64,000 bases of DNA, from assembly GCA_002269645.1 (NCBI GenBank), contig NIVC01002552.1, positions 72,435-136,434 of the forward strand, read 5' to 3'. Source of the stretch: Macrostomum lignano. Its lineage: Eukaryota. A program made the translations under genes and the position numbers. Shown in pieces: positions 1 through 12,238 of this stretch. Under the pieces are notes generated by a model. That model made no database searches. It saw only the letters and a program-made list of their open reading frames with translations, and was not told the DNA's origin. Each line of letters opens with the position of its first letter. Positions within the stretch are counted from its first letter, which is position 1.

Positions 1-964
1 GGGTTCATGGCTCGGGTGGTCTGAGCGACAAAGTAGCGATTAGATTGGAACATGCGCACGAAGGGCACCACCTGGGGCAGGATTCGTAGCGGGTCCTTGC
101 ACAGAAACAGCTTGCAGAGCAGGCGCCTCGGGTAGGACCTGAACACGATCATCGCCCGCTCGTCCTGCGACGGCGACACCCAGGGCGCGTTGTAATAGCG
201 ACAGTTAATGGGCTGGAAGAACACCTTGTCCCGAGGTAGAAATTCTGATGCGCAGATTTGTTGAGCATGTACACCATCATAGAGATCTTGGTGTAGGGCC
301 GCTCGGTGAGCAGCTGCCAGGCGTACTCAAGCCAGTCGTTGAACTTTTTAGTGCAGTTGTAGTGTCTGCGGTAGTAAGATATTGTGAACTGGTTGCGGGG
401 CGCCCAGGAGCCGAACTTAAACAGCAATGGAATGGCAAAGTAGGCCTCCCTGCGCATCATCACCACGGGGATGCTGAAGGTCATCAGGTCGCCGAATGAG
501 TGGTCGTGCACGTAGCTGGCGTACTGCGGGATGGAGACTTCGCTCAGAGCCTCGTAACTGAACTGATTGTCCAGCTTGCCGACCCGGATCGGCGCCAGCA
601 CCTGCGCGATGGACTCGCACTTGAAGTACAGCGCCACAGCGAATATGTTGAGAAACAGGTAGGCCTTCTCGCTAAACATCGGCTTGTCCATCGGCGCTTT
701 CGGATTGTAAAGCGATGGCCTGTCCAGGATTTGAAAGTACATGTACTTAAAGAAAATGTTCATGCGTTTCCTGGCCTTTAGAATGTTCACCAGAGGCGTT
801 GGGTCGTCCGCCCGGACCCTGTTGATGATCCACATGGTGTTGGGGTGGTTGGCGGGGAAGTACGGCCTGATGGAGCTGTAGGTGTATTCACCCGACGAGG
901 CTCCGAAGCCATCAACCTGGAGGCGGTAAACTTTCGGCTTCTGCAGCTTTCCGATGGCGTGCAT
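1..964 (-). CDS. Orphan intronless ORF (>320 aa, runs off the left edge), split by a probable 1-bp frameshift at ~230
   Basis: 271-aa ORF 149..964 with coding-like composition. At the GGG run (230-232) the frame switches to an open frame (DKVFFQPINCRYYNAPWVSPSQDERAMIVFRSYPRRLLCKLFLC...) that continues to base 1. No family recognised. Confidence 0.6.
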
Positions 965-1689
965 CTTTGGACGTGGAGTTGTTGATGAGGCGTTGCTTTG
1001 TGGATTTCCTCAATTCCCCACCTCTGAGTGAGTTGCCTCCTGAGCTAAGATTTGCCGGGAGGAACTTGAGAACTAAAGAGAGCGCTTTTTTACCAAGAGT
1101 TAATTATAAAATGCGACGGAATTTTACCATAGACGGACGTCTTCACGCTGGCGGTTGCAGAAACTGCTCCAGGGACAACTAGAACACTCTAAAACACTTT
1201 TAATTGTCCCTGAACTGCTCATTCAAGCCGGTCTTTTAGTCGAGAAGCTCCAACACTTTTTGCTCTTAGACCATCTTGAAGGTTGATGTCTGTGACATTA
1301 GCTAGTATTGTCCCCATTATAAATAAGCCCCCTTTGATAGGCTGATGTAATGTGGTAATAAGAAATTTGCCTTTTTAGTGGTGCTTCTTTAGACTTTCAA
1401 TGTTCGCCCATATTAGTTGGGTGTCTACTAAGTAAAAGAAATCACACTGTAAAAACTTGCACCTGGTCCAAGGACCAGGACAGGCAGTTTAGAAGTTGAA
1501 TAAATAACATTGGGAGTTTGTATCTTTAGTTCAGACCACATGATACATCAACACCCCTGGTTCTCCCCAATAAATTATAAGATCTAATATTACCAGAAGG
1601 GTTGCGGTCGCAACGCCTTCTGCGACAACCAGCGGTGACGCAATTCTGCCCATCATGCGGATGCTGTACGCAGGCACGCACTCATAGAT

Positions 1690-2130
1690 AGCTCGTGGGT
1701 AGAGACCTGGTCGCCGCGGCCGTGACTCCGTAGGCAGTGGCCCAGTAGCATCTGGCGGCGCCAGCGCAGGATAACGCTCAGGTCTGGAACGCCGGCGCGG
1801 GCCATCAGGTCTCTGGACGGCAACTGCTCGGGATAAGTGCACACCCAGGGCGTAGCGCAACAGGGACCTGTAAAGCGCGTCCAGGGCTCGCTCTCGTGTG
1901 TCGGTCATCGGCACCGCTTCCATGCCGTACAGGAGGATCGGCTCAACGGCCACACGGAAGAGGCGCACCTTCAGGCCGTCCCAAGCAGTAGAGTTGAAGG
2001 TGTTCCAGAGCAGGTGCGCCGCGCGCCACGCCTGATTCCTCCTGTCGGAGACGATCTAGTCCGGACTCGTTGCAAGCGACCCGAGGTACCAGAAGTCCTC
2101 GCACACGGCGATGGCGTCTCCGTTGGGTTG
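1690..2130 (-). mobile_element. Degenerate non-LTR retrotransposon (LINE) reverse-transcriptase C-terminal fragment
   Basis: Reads EDFWYLGS...AWRAAHLLW...KVRLFRVAVEPILLYGMEA...YRSLLRYALGVH/YPEQLPSRDLMARAGVPDLSVILRWRRQMLLGHCLR, the typical RT thumb-region motifs (F.YLGS; F...V...LLYG.E). Contains an in-frame TAG and a frameshift near 1838. Confidence 0.8.
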
Positions 2131-2492
2131 AGCTGTGTTTAAAAGTGAGGCATTTTGTACTCCGTGCCCATGGACAGCTGAAGCACAAGGACGCTGCATT
2201 CAATTTCCTTAGAAACGAGCTGGGAGTCGGCGAGGAACGTGTACTTTTCGTGTCGCCAGTGCATTTATCGATAAGCCAAAAATGAATGTGGATGCGCACG
2301 GAATCAAACCAGGTATTTTAATTCTATCAAAGCCGCAAACCATTTAATGCACAGCTGGGAGTTCAAGAAGTCAGTAAAGCAAGTGAAGTAAGCACAGCTT
2401 CTAGCGAAGGATGAAGAACAACAAGCAGTTTTATTAAAAACAGGCAGTTACAAGGCAATCAATTTCCAGTCTGCAGGTTCAGCACGCCCGGC

Positions 2493-2798
2493 TCACACCA
2501 GACTGATGATTGGGCAAAAAGATTTGCAGATCTCGCGCAGCTTGCGGTATAGCGCCGTCTGGTCGATGATGCCCTTGTCGTTAGCCTCGAAAGTGACGTC
2601 GTAGCCGCGGATGGACACCTCGAAGAGGCGCGGCTCGGCGGCCGACTCCAGCTGCACGCGGACCCACACCGGGTGCAAGTCGGCGAAGTCGGCCAGGATG
2701 CGGTAGAACAGCTCCTTGCCGCGCTCGCGATAGTCCGAGCTGACGGTGATGGTCAGGCAGACTGGCGAGTAGGTCACCTGCAGATTCGCATTGAGCAT
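2493..2798 (-). CDS. Small Rdx-family (selenoprotein W/MIEN1-like) thioredoxin-fold protein with SxxC motif
   Basis: 101-aa GC-rich ORF. By eye it aligns to the SelW pattern: V.Y(S)xxC, Y....L...L..DF, FEV.I.G, D.G.ID....Y.KL...I. No database search was run. Confidence 0.5.
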   Translation of the reverse strand: MLNANLQVTYSPVCLTITVSSDYRERGKELFYRILADFADLHPVWVRVQLESAAEPRLFEVSIRGYDVTFEANDKGIIDQTALYRKLREICKSFCPIISLV

Positions 2799-3599
2799 TT
2801 CGTTTATAATTCACTACCAACTCCGATAAAAACGGAGCAGGTGCTGTCTGGCGTTCTATCTTCGTGGCTTTGCCCTCGCGATCAAAAATGTAATATAAAT
2901 TTATTGGAGAACTCCCGCCAAAGAGATCACAATGATAAGCTTGCGGATCTCCTCCTGGGGAGTCTTCAAAAGCAGATTGAGTCCCATCGGGAGAACGGAG
3001 ATCGCTAAGTACAGTAGCAATGCTAAATTGGCTCCCAATGTCATAAATTTGGCACAACTTCTGCCGAAATAACGCTAGTAACGGGACCTCTGAGCCAAGT
3101 GAAGACCCTCAAAGAAGCGAGTGGCAGATGAAGCTGAGCTACAAAGGTGAGGTCCCCACAGCCTTCGCACATGTACAAGCTGTACACAGCCAATGCAATC
3201 TCCGGCATGCCCCAACCCTAACCCTGGTACATTAACCAGAGTCAGGGCGAGGCGATCTGTATGGCACACTGGTGCGTTCTGCCACGCGCAGAATTGCCAT
3301 ATTTTGTGCCAACAAACCCTACCTGCAACTAAGAGCTTGGGCTTACCTGAAAATGATTGCGGTAACATTTGCTATGATACCCGGCGGTCATACTGTTTTG
3401 TAATTGTTCCAATTGTTCGAGTAATTGGCTGATGAGATTAACTTGGTTTCGGATTTGCAAAAATAGGATTCCAAATTCATTTAATTCCAACTAAACCGAT
3501 GAAAAACTCTGGCTTGATTGGCCATAGACAAGCGTCTGAATCAGTACCGCAAATAATTGGTGAGAGATGCACTTTGTTGGATCTGCATGTACAATGACC

Positions 3600-3925
3600 G
3601 ATTGAGTCTACCTGAGAATCTGGGAGATTGGCAGCCCAATCCAACTGAAGATCTGGGAGTTGCCGACTGATCTACTGAGGATCTGAGAGTTGCAACCTAA
3701 TCTACCTGGGATCTGGGAGGGTACTGGCCACATAATCTACCTGGGATCTGGGAGGGTAGTGGCCGCATAATCTACCTGGTATCTGGGAGGGTAGTGGCCG
3801 CATAATCTACCTGGGATCTGGCAGGGTAGCTGCCCGATCTACTCGAGGATCTGAAAGGGTAGTGGCTGCTTAATCTACCTGAGAACCTGGGAGGGTAGCT
3901 GCCCGATCTACCTGAGGATCTATAA
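3600..3925. repeat. Minisatellite, ~35-bp unit (AATCTACCTGGGATCTGGGAGGGTAGTGGCCGCAT)
   Basis: Tandem, degenerate copies visible directly. Confidence 0.85.
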
Positions 3926-4364
3926 GTGCTCTTAAATTACCTGGCGGTTGGGAAACTAGCACATTAATGCAACATATAAAAAGAGCTATGAGATGAAATC
4001 ATAGAATATTTGAATCCAAAACAGACAATAGACAATCCAGTCTAACAGAAAGCAGACGGCCTGACACGAGTGTGATATATTTTTCATGATTGATCAAATA
4101 GAAGGCAGAAGCCTCATTTCATTGCATTGCCACTGACTGGAAACCACACGAAAACTCAACAGGCGCAGTTCAAAGAGCAAAACTGCAACAGGTCTCTAGC
4201 CATGCTCAGACTTTCCCCACATAAAATCAAATAAAGTCAGAATTGTAATAAACTTTATCAATTCTTCTGTTAACAACTAAATTGAAAGAGTAAATACAAA
4301 CCAACACCAATGCAGTGAGCTGATAGGAAAGACAAAACATAAATATTAAGGAAAATTCAGGCTC

Positions 4365-4590
4365 TGAGAGGCTGCCCCAGCAACTGAGGATCTGGGAGGC
4401 TGGCCCAGCAACTGAGGATCTGGGAGGCTGGCCCAGCAACTGAGGATCCGGGAGGCTGGCTCAGCAACTGAGGATCCGGGAGGCTGGCCCAGCAACTGAG
4501 GATCCGGGAGGCTGGCCCAGCAACTGAGGATCCGGGAGGCTGGCCCAGCAACTAAGGATCTGAGAGGCTGGCTCAACAGCTGTGGATCTA
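4365..4590. repeat. Minisatellite, 28-bp unit (CAGCAACTGAGGATCCGGGAGGCTGGCC)
   Basis: About 8 tandem copies just 3' of the LCMT2 stop. Shares a GGATC(T/C)GGGAGG core with the 3600 array. Confidence 0.9.
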
Positions 4591-4655
4591 GGAGAATGGC
4601 AGCTAAAACAGGGAAGAAGGTGCAAAAAATCCCAGAGCTCAGGCCGAGGCCGGTG

Positions 4656-7600
4656 TCAGAACAGGCCGGCCACAGGCAGGAAGAGGTCAGCCAGGTGCAA
4701 GCACACGGCCGCAGGGTTCAGGTGGGTGCCAAAGCTGAAGCAGCTGCCGCCGCCGCCCAGGATGGCCAGCAGAGCCGGCCGGTCTTCCTGGCCAGTCGGG
4801 CGTCCGGCCGGCGTCAGCAGCGCCGTGGCGGAGTTGAAGGCGAGGAAGGCCTTCGAGAGGGCGGCGGAGGCGGCGGCGGGATCGAGGGAGAAGTCAGCGG
4901 CCAGGTTGACGAACTGGGCGGCGGTGCCATCAAGGCCGACTCTGATGAGGCAGAGGGTGGCCGGCTCGGTCAGCGAGCGGCTGGCGGGGCCGGCGGAGTC
5001 CGCGGAGGTGGCCACGGCGCCGCCGAAGCAGATGAGCCAGTTGGCTGGCGCCGCGGAGGTGTCGTTGCCTGGGGGAGATGGCGGGTCAGAGTGAAGCTAG
5101 ACTGCTTGGGTGAATCTGGGATTATCCTTTGAGTAGATTGGGGATAATTCTTCGAGTAGATTGGGGATTATCCTTTGAGTAGATTGGGGATAATCCTTTG
5201 AGTAGATTGAGGATTATCTTTTGAGTAGATCGGGGACTTTCCTTTGAGTAGATTAGGGATTATTTTTAGCAACAATCAAGATTATCCTTTGAGTAGATCG
5301 GGCAGTATCCATTGAGTAGATCGGGCAGTATCCATTGAGTAGATTGGCGATTATCTTTGGCAACAATCGGGGATTATCCTAGGGCTGGATTAGGGATTGG
5401 TTCAGGAAAATGGGCATCTCCTGAAACGGATCAGAGTGGATTCTCAAGACTCCTTAAAGCAGCAGGCGCACCTTTCCCGAGCTCGGCAGCGGCCAGGCAG
5501 TGCATCGAGTGTCCGAAGCGGGTGACGGGCAGACCGGACGGACCGGCCAGGCGGCCAGAGAGGGTCAGCCGAGTCCACTGCCTGGCCAGCACGTCCAGCT
5601 GCCACAGGTCCCACATGGGCCGCAGGGCGGAGCTGCGCTGGCCGGCATCTCCATCATCGGCGGCCTCTTCAAGACTGAGGCCAGAGCTGAGGAAGGCCAG
5701 CGGCCGGCTGGGGTGGCCGCAGACGGCGTGCGAGCAGCGCGGCCCCGGGCTGGCCGGCAGTGCCTCCCAAGCCACGCCGCCGACCTCGCCGTCCAGCTGC
5801 TGCGGGGGCGGCCAGACGGCCAGGTAGGCATCCGCCAGGCACAGTCGGTCCGGGGTTCGACCCCCGTACAGGACGAGGCCTCGACGCCGCTGGCCGCCGT
5901 CGCCCAGCGGCACGGAGCAGCCGGCGTGACGCCAGCGCGCGCACGGGGGCTCGAGCTCGGGACCGTCGGCGCGCCGCTGGGCAACCTCCTCGATCGTGAA
6001 GCGGGGCGAGCCAGCGCCGTCCGGGGAGGCGGACAGCCGTAGGCGGAGCAGGCGGGCCGAGGGCCGCAGCGGACTGGCCTTGCCGCCGAACAGCAGCAGC
6101 TCCTGGGCGCCAACCTGGGCGGAGGGGAATTCGGGAATTTCAATGGGAAACATGGGGAATTACCTGAAGACTATATTGTAGAAATCCGCCTTCAAAAATA
6201 TTATTAGTTGGCAAGCCGCCTCACCTGGTAGACCACGGGGCCCAGCAGGTGCTCCAGCCACTCGGACGGGCACGGCTCCTCGGGCTTCGCGTGCTGACAG
6301 ACCGGCGGCTGCTGGCTGGCCAGCCGGTAGGGGTCAATTAAGGTCAGGCAGGATAGGCGCCGGTGGCCGGCGGCCCCAGCGGGTCGACGCCGTAGCCGCC
6401 GAGCCGCAGCAGCAGCGGCGCATGCTGGGGCAGCTCCACCGGGCTGAGGCCGGTCCAGTGCAGGCGGAACTGGTCGGCGCATCCGCCCGGCAACGGCCGG
6501 ACCGGCACCCGGGTCAGGTTGCCAAGCGGTTGCTGGGACAGGCCCTGCTGCACCCGCCAGCACGGGGGCTCGGCCACGGCCTCTTCCTCCTCGCCGCAGT
6601 CGCCGTGGCGCCGGGCGAGCAGCCGGGCCCGGTGATGCCGGTGGCGAAAGCCGGCGGTGTGCGCGGCCAGCACGAAGTAGTGCTCGCACTTGGCCCACCA
6701 CTCCTCGAATTCATCGAATACTTCCAGGTGTTCGACTCGGCAGCGCTCGGCCAAGTCAAGCGACCGGTAGAAGGCGTTCATGTCCAGGGCCTCGACCCGC
6801 TGCCAACCCTGGGGGGTGTTCGCAGCGAGGATCGCGGTAATTTTGGTCATCAAATAGCGTTCATTGTTGAAACAGACACTTACTACTGAAAATCGTTCTC
6901 TTTGATCGGCCAAATACGGGTATTTTTCGATGCACTTTAGACGCGAGCCCAGACCTTTGAAGTGCTGACACCTGTGGATTGCGAGTTTTTGGGGTTGTAG
7001 AGGGTGATTCTGTGTGGTGAGTGGCGATTCTGTGGGGTGAGTGGCGATTCTGTGGGGTGACTGGCGATTCTGTGGGGTGAGTGGCGATTCCGTGGGGTGA
7101 CTGGCGATTCTGTGAGGTGAGTGGCGATTCTGTGAGGTGAGTGGCGATTCCGTGGGGTGACTGACGATTCTGTGGGGTGACTGGCGATTCTGTGGGGTGA
7201 CTGGCGATTCTGCAGGGTGACTGGCCATTCTGCAGGATTAGTGGCGAATCTGTGGGGTGACTGGCGATTCTGTGGAGTGAGGGGCCATTCTGCAGGGTCA
7301 CTGGCGATTCTGCGGGTGAGTGGCGATTCTGTGGGGTGACTGGCGATTCTGTCGGGTGACTGGCGATTCTGTGTGGTCACTGGCGATTCTGTGAGGTGAG
7401 TGGCGACTCTGTGAGGTGACTGGCGATTCTGTGGGGTGACTGGCGATTCTGTGGGGTGACTGGCGATTCTGTGGGGTGACTGGCGATTCTGTGGGGTGAC
7501 TGGCGATTCTGTGAGGTGAGTGGCGATTCTGTGGGGTGACTGGCGATTCTGTGGGGTGACTGGCGATTCTGTGAGGTGAGTGGCGATTCTGTGGGGTGAG

Positions 7601-10225
7601 TGCAAATACAGCCAGCGCAGTTCAGCCCACATGATGACTCCGAAGCCGTCATAAGGCCGGATTTGCTCATACAGCAGGAAGACGCTGCAGGGGAACTCTT
7701 GACTGATCCAGTTTATCAGCCGATCGGCGCTGCGGGTAAGCCGATGCGGATTGGCCATGAGATAAGATATGGCGAACTTGAGCTGGAGTCGCTATGTATT
7801 AAAGCAATCAGAGTCATTTAAAATAGTCATTAAATAGATTAGGGGTTTTCTTAAGTTGGACCAGGGATTACCTTTGAAATGGATTGGGGATTATCCTAGG
7901 GATGGATTAGGGATTATCATTGGAATGGATTGGGGATTATCCTTGGGATTGATTGGGGATTATCCTTGGAATGGATTGGGGATTATCCTTGGAATGGATT
8001 GGGGATTATCCTAGGGATGGATTGGGGATTATCCTTGGAATGGATTGGGGATTATCCTTGGAATGGATTGGGGATTATCCTTGGAATGGATTGGGGATTA
8101 TCCTTGGAATGGATTGGGGATTATCCTTGGAATGGATTAGGATTATCCTTGGGATGGATTAGAGATTATCCTTGAACTGGAATGGTGTTTGGAGTTATCC
8201 TGAACTTGTGCATCAATGTGTGACAAAACTCGAGGGTTCTGAGAATACCTTACATTATAAGTGTCACAGGTGACAAATTGAACAGCCTGATGACTCACTG
8301 CTTGGGCGCCACATAGGTGAGCACGCACTCAGAGAAGAACAGAGCTGGCGCAGTCCAGTCTGGGATCAGCTCGCGGAGACAGGCGGCCAGCACTGGCTCG
8401 TGAGTGAGGTCCGATGCTACTAGGCAGTAGTCTGCTGAGCGCACCACTGGAGAGGGAGGGGGCGGAGGTCAATAGGTTAGAGAGTGCAATCTGTACTTTA
8501 TGCCGTGCTGAAGAAACAGAGTAATTGATACTGACTATAATTTGCGCAGTGGCCATGGAAAACCGCGCGAACTCCAATAGACAGACAGATTTGAAAAGAC
8601 TTCACAGAATTATAAAAGATCGCTCACACTTCATAGCTTTGGAAAATCGCCCCAGACTCCATAGCCCTGGAAAAATCGCCCAGACTCCATGGCCCTGGAA
8701 AAATCGCCCAGACTCCATAGCCCTGGAAAAACCGCCCAGACTCCATAGCCCTGGAAAAATCGCCCCAGACTCTATAGCTATAGAAAATCGCCCAGACTCC
8801 ATAGCCCTGGAAAAATCGCCCAGACTCCATAGCCCTGGAAAAATCGCCCAGACTCCATAGCCCTGGAAAAATCGCCCAGACTCCATAGCCCCGGAAAAAC
8901 CGCCCAGACTCCATAGCCCTGGAAAAATCGCCCTAGACTCCATAGCTATAGAAAATCGCCCAGACTCCATAGCTATGGAAAATCGCCCCAGGCTCCATAG
9001 GTATGGAAAAATCTCCCAGACTTCATAGCTATGGAAAAATCGTCAAAACTTCAGACTGCTTTAGAAAAAACCCACAACGTGGATCCCAAAAGCAGCCCCC
9101 AATAAGCAGAAGCGGAGGCCGCCAGCCCCCACTTGCCTAAATTGGAGCCCAACTCAAGCTGGTAGTCACCAATGACGGTCGTCAGCAACTCGGACTGCTG
9201 GATCAGCCGCGCCTTGTTCGCCACCACATCGTAGTAGTCAATCTGGAGCGGGAAGGTTCGAGTGACAGAGAGGCTCTGGAGAGTCAGCAAGTCAATCATC
9301 AACGAATCTGCATCACACATGCGCAACACCCGGCTGACTGGCGAGGGGCCCAGCCAAGGTAAGTGGCAAAAATGTAAAGGGGAAACAGACGTAGTACTAA
9401 TTAGATGACGAGACATTTAGCCTTAATAGTACAGCTATAGTTACTCTTGCTGTTTACCCAGAATTACGCTAATTTTGCTGTTTTCTTAGGTGAGTCGTAT
9501 TTTTGTCAAAAAAGTAATTTGCATGATGATCTGCATCAGAATACCTCGATATAGTAGATGCCGTCCAGGAGACCGTTAGACTTCAGCCTGAAGTAGGCCG
9601 TGTCGAAACCCGCGCCCAGCGATATAATCTGAAAAATGAAAAAATGTTCATCATGCTACTGATTGGAAGTAGAAGAACTCTACAAAAAACTCCTAGGACT
9701 TACGTAGCGAGTCTGCCCTTCTGATGACGTGGCGCTGATGAAATTCTGAAGGGCCTGGTCCATAGCCTTCATGCGAATGTAGTAGCCGCTGCAGTGGTTT
9801 TTTATTAAGAACAGCTCAATGGAAAACCCTGGCTGATCATAAAAATAGAACTGACAGACTTTCTGATTTCTAATCTTATCTACACTCTCTGCTGCTTTGG
9901 GGTTGGTTGTTTTTTCCGTACACAAGTCCCGCATGAATGCGGCCCCGCACGGACCCCCCCCCTCAGTGTGGTAAAATTTGTTTTGGTGGGGGACCCTACC
10001 AATTTGACTCTGATCAAATTATTGAACTGGCCTCAATATTCAAGCCAGGGTCAAAAAGCGAGACCCGAACCCCAGCCGCACGAACCGGTTAATCAGCGGA
10101 GCCCGGCGAGCCCTCTTGCGCACCATCAGCGACACGAAGGGGTCATCAAAGTAGCCTCTCTCAACAGCCGAGGCCTTGCTCACTATGCTGCTGTCATTGG
10201 TGCCCTGCACCTGCTTCTCGGACAT
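4656..10225 (-). CDS. LCMT2: tRNA wybutosine-synthesizing protein 4 / leucine carboxyl methyltransferase 2 (LCM domain + kelch repeats), ~796 aa. Exons: 10225-10086, 9788-9704, 9628-9545, 9242-9137, 8446-8299, 7729-7631, 6971-6884, 6808-6225, 6114-5472, 5068-4656
   Basis: Motifs VQGTNDSSIVSK...RAPLINRGYY, IISLGAGFD, SECVLTY, YEQIRPYDGFG, LEVFDEFEEW, kelch LLFGGKASP/LVLYGGRT, and C-terminal LGGGGSCFSFGTHLN. All splice phases match. Exon 8 is 584 nt (585 needed), implying one missing base near the 6381-6383 run. Confidence 0.93.
5125..5400. repeat. Intronic minisatellite, 23-bp unit (CCTTTGAGTAGATTGGGGATTAT), LCMT2 intron 9
   Basis: Tandem copies; related to the 23-bp array at 7865-8175. Confidence 0.9.
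7005..7600. repeat. Intronic minisatellite, 20-bp unit (GTGGCGATTCTGTGGGGTGA), LCMT2 intron 6
   Basis: About 30 tandem copies; produces spurious long ORFs. Confidence 0.95.
7865..8175. repeat. Intronic minisatellite, 23-bp unit (CCTTGGAATGGATTGGGGATTAT), LCMT2 intron 5
   Basis: About 13 tandem copies. Confidence 0.95.
8635..9045. repeat. Intronic minisatellite, 28-bp unit (GAAAAATCGCCCAGACTCCATAGCCCTG), LCMT2 intron 4
   Basis: About 14 tandem copies. Confidence 0.95.
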
Positions 10226-10342
10226 CGCGCCGGCCGAACTGCTGTGGCCGGTTCTGTCCGGGATTTTTAGCTGCGCAACAGATAGCTGCGGCTGTTAGCT
10301 GCAAGTCTATGGCAAACTTTTAGCTGCTACGAAAAGTCTGGT

Positions 10343-11190
10343 GAGGGGCGAATCTCACGTGTCTGGTGAGGGGCGAATCTCACGTGTCTGGCGAGGGGCG
10401 AATCTCACGTGTCTGGTGAGGGGCGAATCTCACGTGTCTGGTGAGGGGCGAATCTCACGTGTCTGGTGAGGGGCGAATCTCACGTGTCTGGCGAGGGGCG
10501 AATCTCACGTGTCTGGTGAGGGGCGAATCTCACGTGTCTGGTGAGGGGCGAATCTCACGTGTCTGGTGAGGGGCGAATCTCACGTGTCTGGTGAGGGGCG
10601 AATCTCACGTGTCTGGCGAGGGGAATCTCATGTGTCCATGGTGAGGGGAATCTCATGTGTCTGGTAAGAGGAATCTCATGTGTCTGGTGAGGGGAATCTA
10701 ATGTGTCTCGTAAGGGGAATCTCATGTGTCTGGTAAGAGGAATCTCATGTGTCTGGTGAGGGGAATCTAATGTGTCTCGTAAGGGGAATCTCATGTGTCT
10801 GGTAAGGGGAATCTCATGTGTCTGGTGAGGGGAATCTCATGTGTCTGGTGAGGGGAATCTAATGTGTCTCGTAAGGGGAATCTCATGTGTCTGGTAAGGG
10901 GAATCTCATGTGTCTGGTGAGGGGAATCTCATGTGTCCATGGTGAGGGGAATCTCATGTGTCTGGTGAGGGAGGGGAATCTCATGTGTCTGGTGAGGGGA
11001 ATCTCATGTGTCCATGGTGAGGGGAATCTCATGTGTCTGGTGAGGGAGGGGAATCTCATGTGTCTGGTGAGGGGAATCTCATGTGTCTGGTAAGGGGAAT
11101 CTCATGTGTCTGGTAAGGGGAATCTCATGTGTCTGGTGAGGGGAATCTCATGTGTCTGGTGAGAGGCGATTCTCACTTGTCTGGTAAGGG
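10343..11190. repeat. Intergenic minisatellite, 25-bp unit (GTGAGGGGCGAATCTCACGTGTCTG) grading into a 23-24-bp variant
   Basis: Tandem copies between ADSL and LCMT2. Confidence 0.95.
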
Positions 11191-11589
11191 GCATTTTGAT
11201 AGGCCTTTTAAATCTAAATTTTAAATTTAAACCTTTAAACCGGTGTGATAGAATAGAGTGCAGCATCAATAAGCAATAAAATTTTTTGACGCAAAAGAAA
11301 CAGGACACCTCTGGCATTGTTGCCGATTCATAAAGAGAGATTGCTGCTCAGACCTTGCAGCACCAGGTGTGGCTGCGTAAAACACATTTAATAGTTTCAA
11401 CTACAGTTAATTATAAAACTAGACATAACTGGGGCTTCTATGTTCAACTAATCAAGGTATTTAGTTATAGGCTACTAGGCATGATATAAAAGTTCGAGCA
11501 CAAAAATATCGCTTTATCTGTGTATGAATTTGTGGATCTCGAATGTACTTGTAAACTGGGAAAACTTCGACATCCCACGCTGCGCAGGA

Positions 11590-12050
11590 ATACACAATCA
11601 AGGTCACACAGGGGTCAATAAATACACAATCAAGGTCACACAGGGGACAATAAATACACAATCAAGGTCACACAGGGGACAATAAATACACAATCAAGGT
11701 CACACAGGGGTCAATAAGTACACAATGAAGGTCACACAGGGGTCAATAATACACAATGAAGGTCACACAAGGGTCAATAAATACGCAATCAAGGTCACAC
11801 AGGGGTCAATGAATACACAATCAAGGTCACACAGGGGTCAATAAATACGCAATCAAGGTCACACAGGGGTCAATGAATACACAATCAAGGTCACACAGGG
11901 GTCAATGAATACACAATCAAGGTCACACAGGGGTTAATAAATACACAATCAAGGTTACACAGGGGTCAATAAATACACAATTAAGGTCACACTGGGTCAA
12001 GGAAAACACAATTAAGGTCACACCGGGTCAAGGAAAACACAAGATCATAC
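11590..12050. repeat. Minisatellite, 32-bp unit (TACACAATCAAGGTCACACAGGGGTCAATAAA)
   Basis: About 14 tandem copies downstream of the ADSL stop. Confidence 0.95.
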
Positions 12051-12238
12051 AGGGTAGAGGTCACACGCGTACATAAGGTCACATAAGGTCAAGGCATAGT
12101 CACGAAACCCACGCAATGCCCTCCTAAGTATAAAAACTGTCTCTACATCTACGACAGTAGTAAGTTGAAAATCGATCCTAAAGGTCAAACCAGCCGGGTC
12201 ACACCAGCCTGTCACACCAGCCGGGTCACACCAGGCTG

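Noticed and set aside
4582-6042. Long plus-strand ORFs (170-180 aa)
   Set aside because: Antisense shadows of GC-rich LCMT2 exons 9-10.
6861-11093. Repetitive ORFs (e.g. SHPTESP, WGLSLEW, MESGRF repeats)
   Set aside because: Translations of stop-poor minisatellites lying in introns or spacers.
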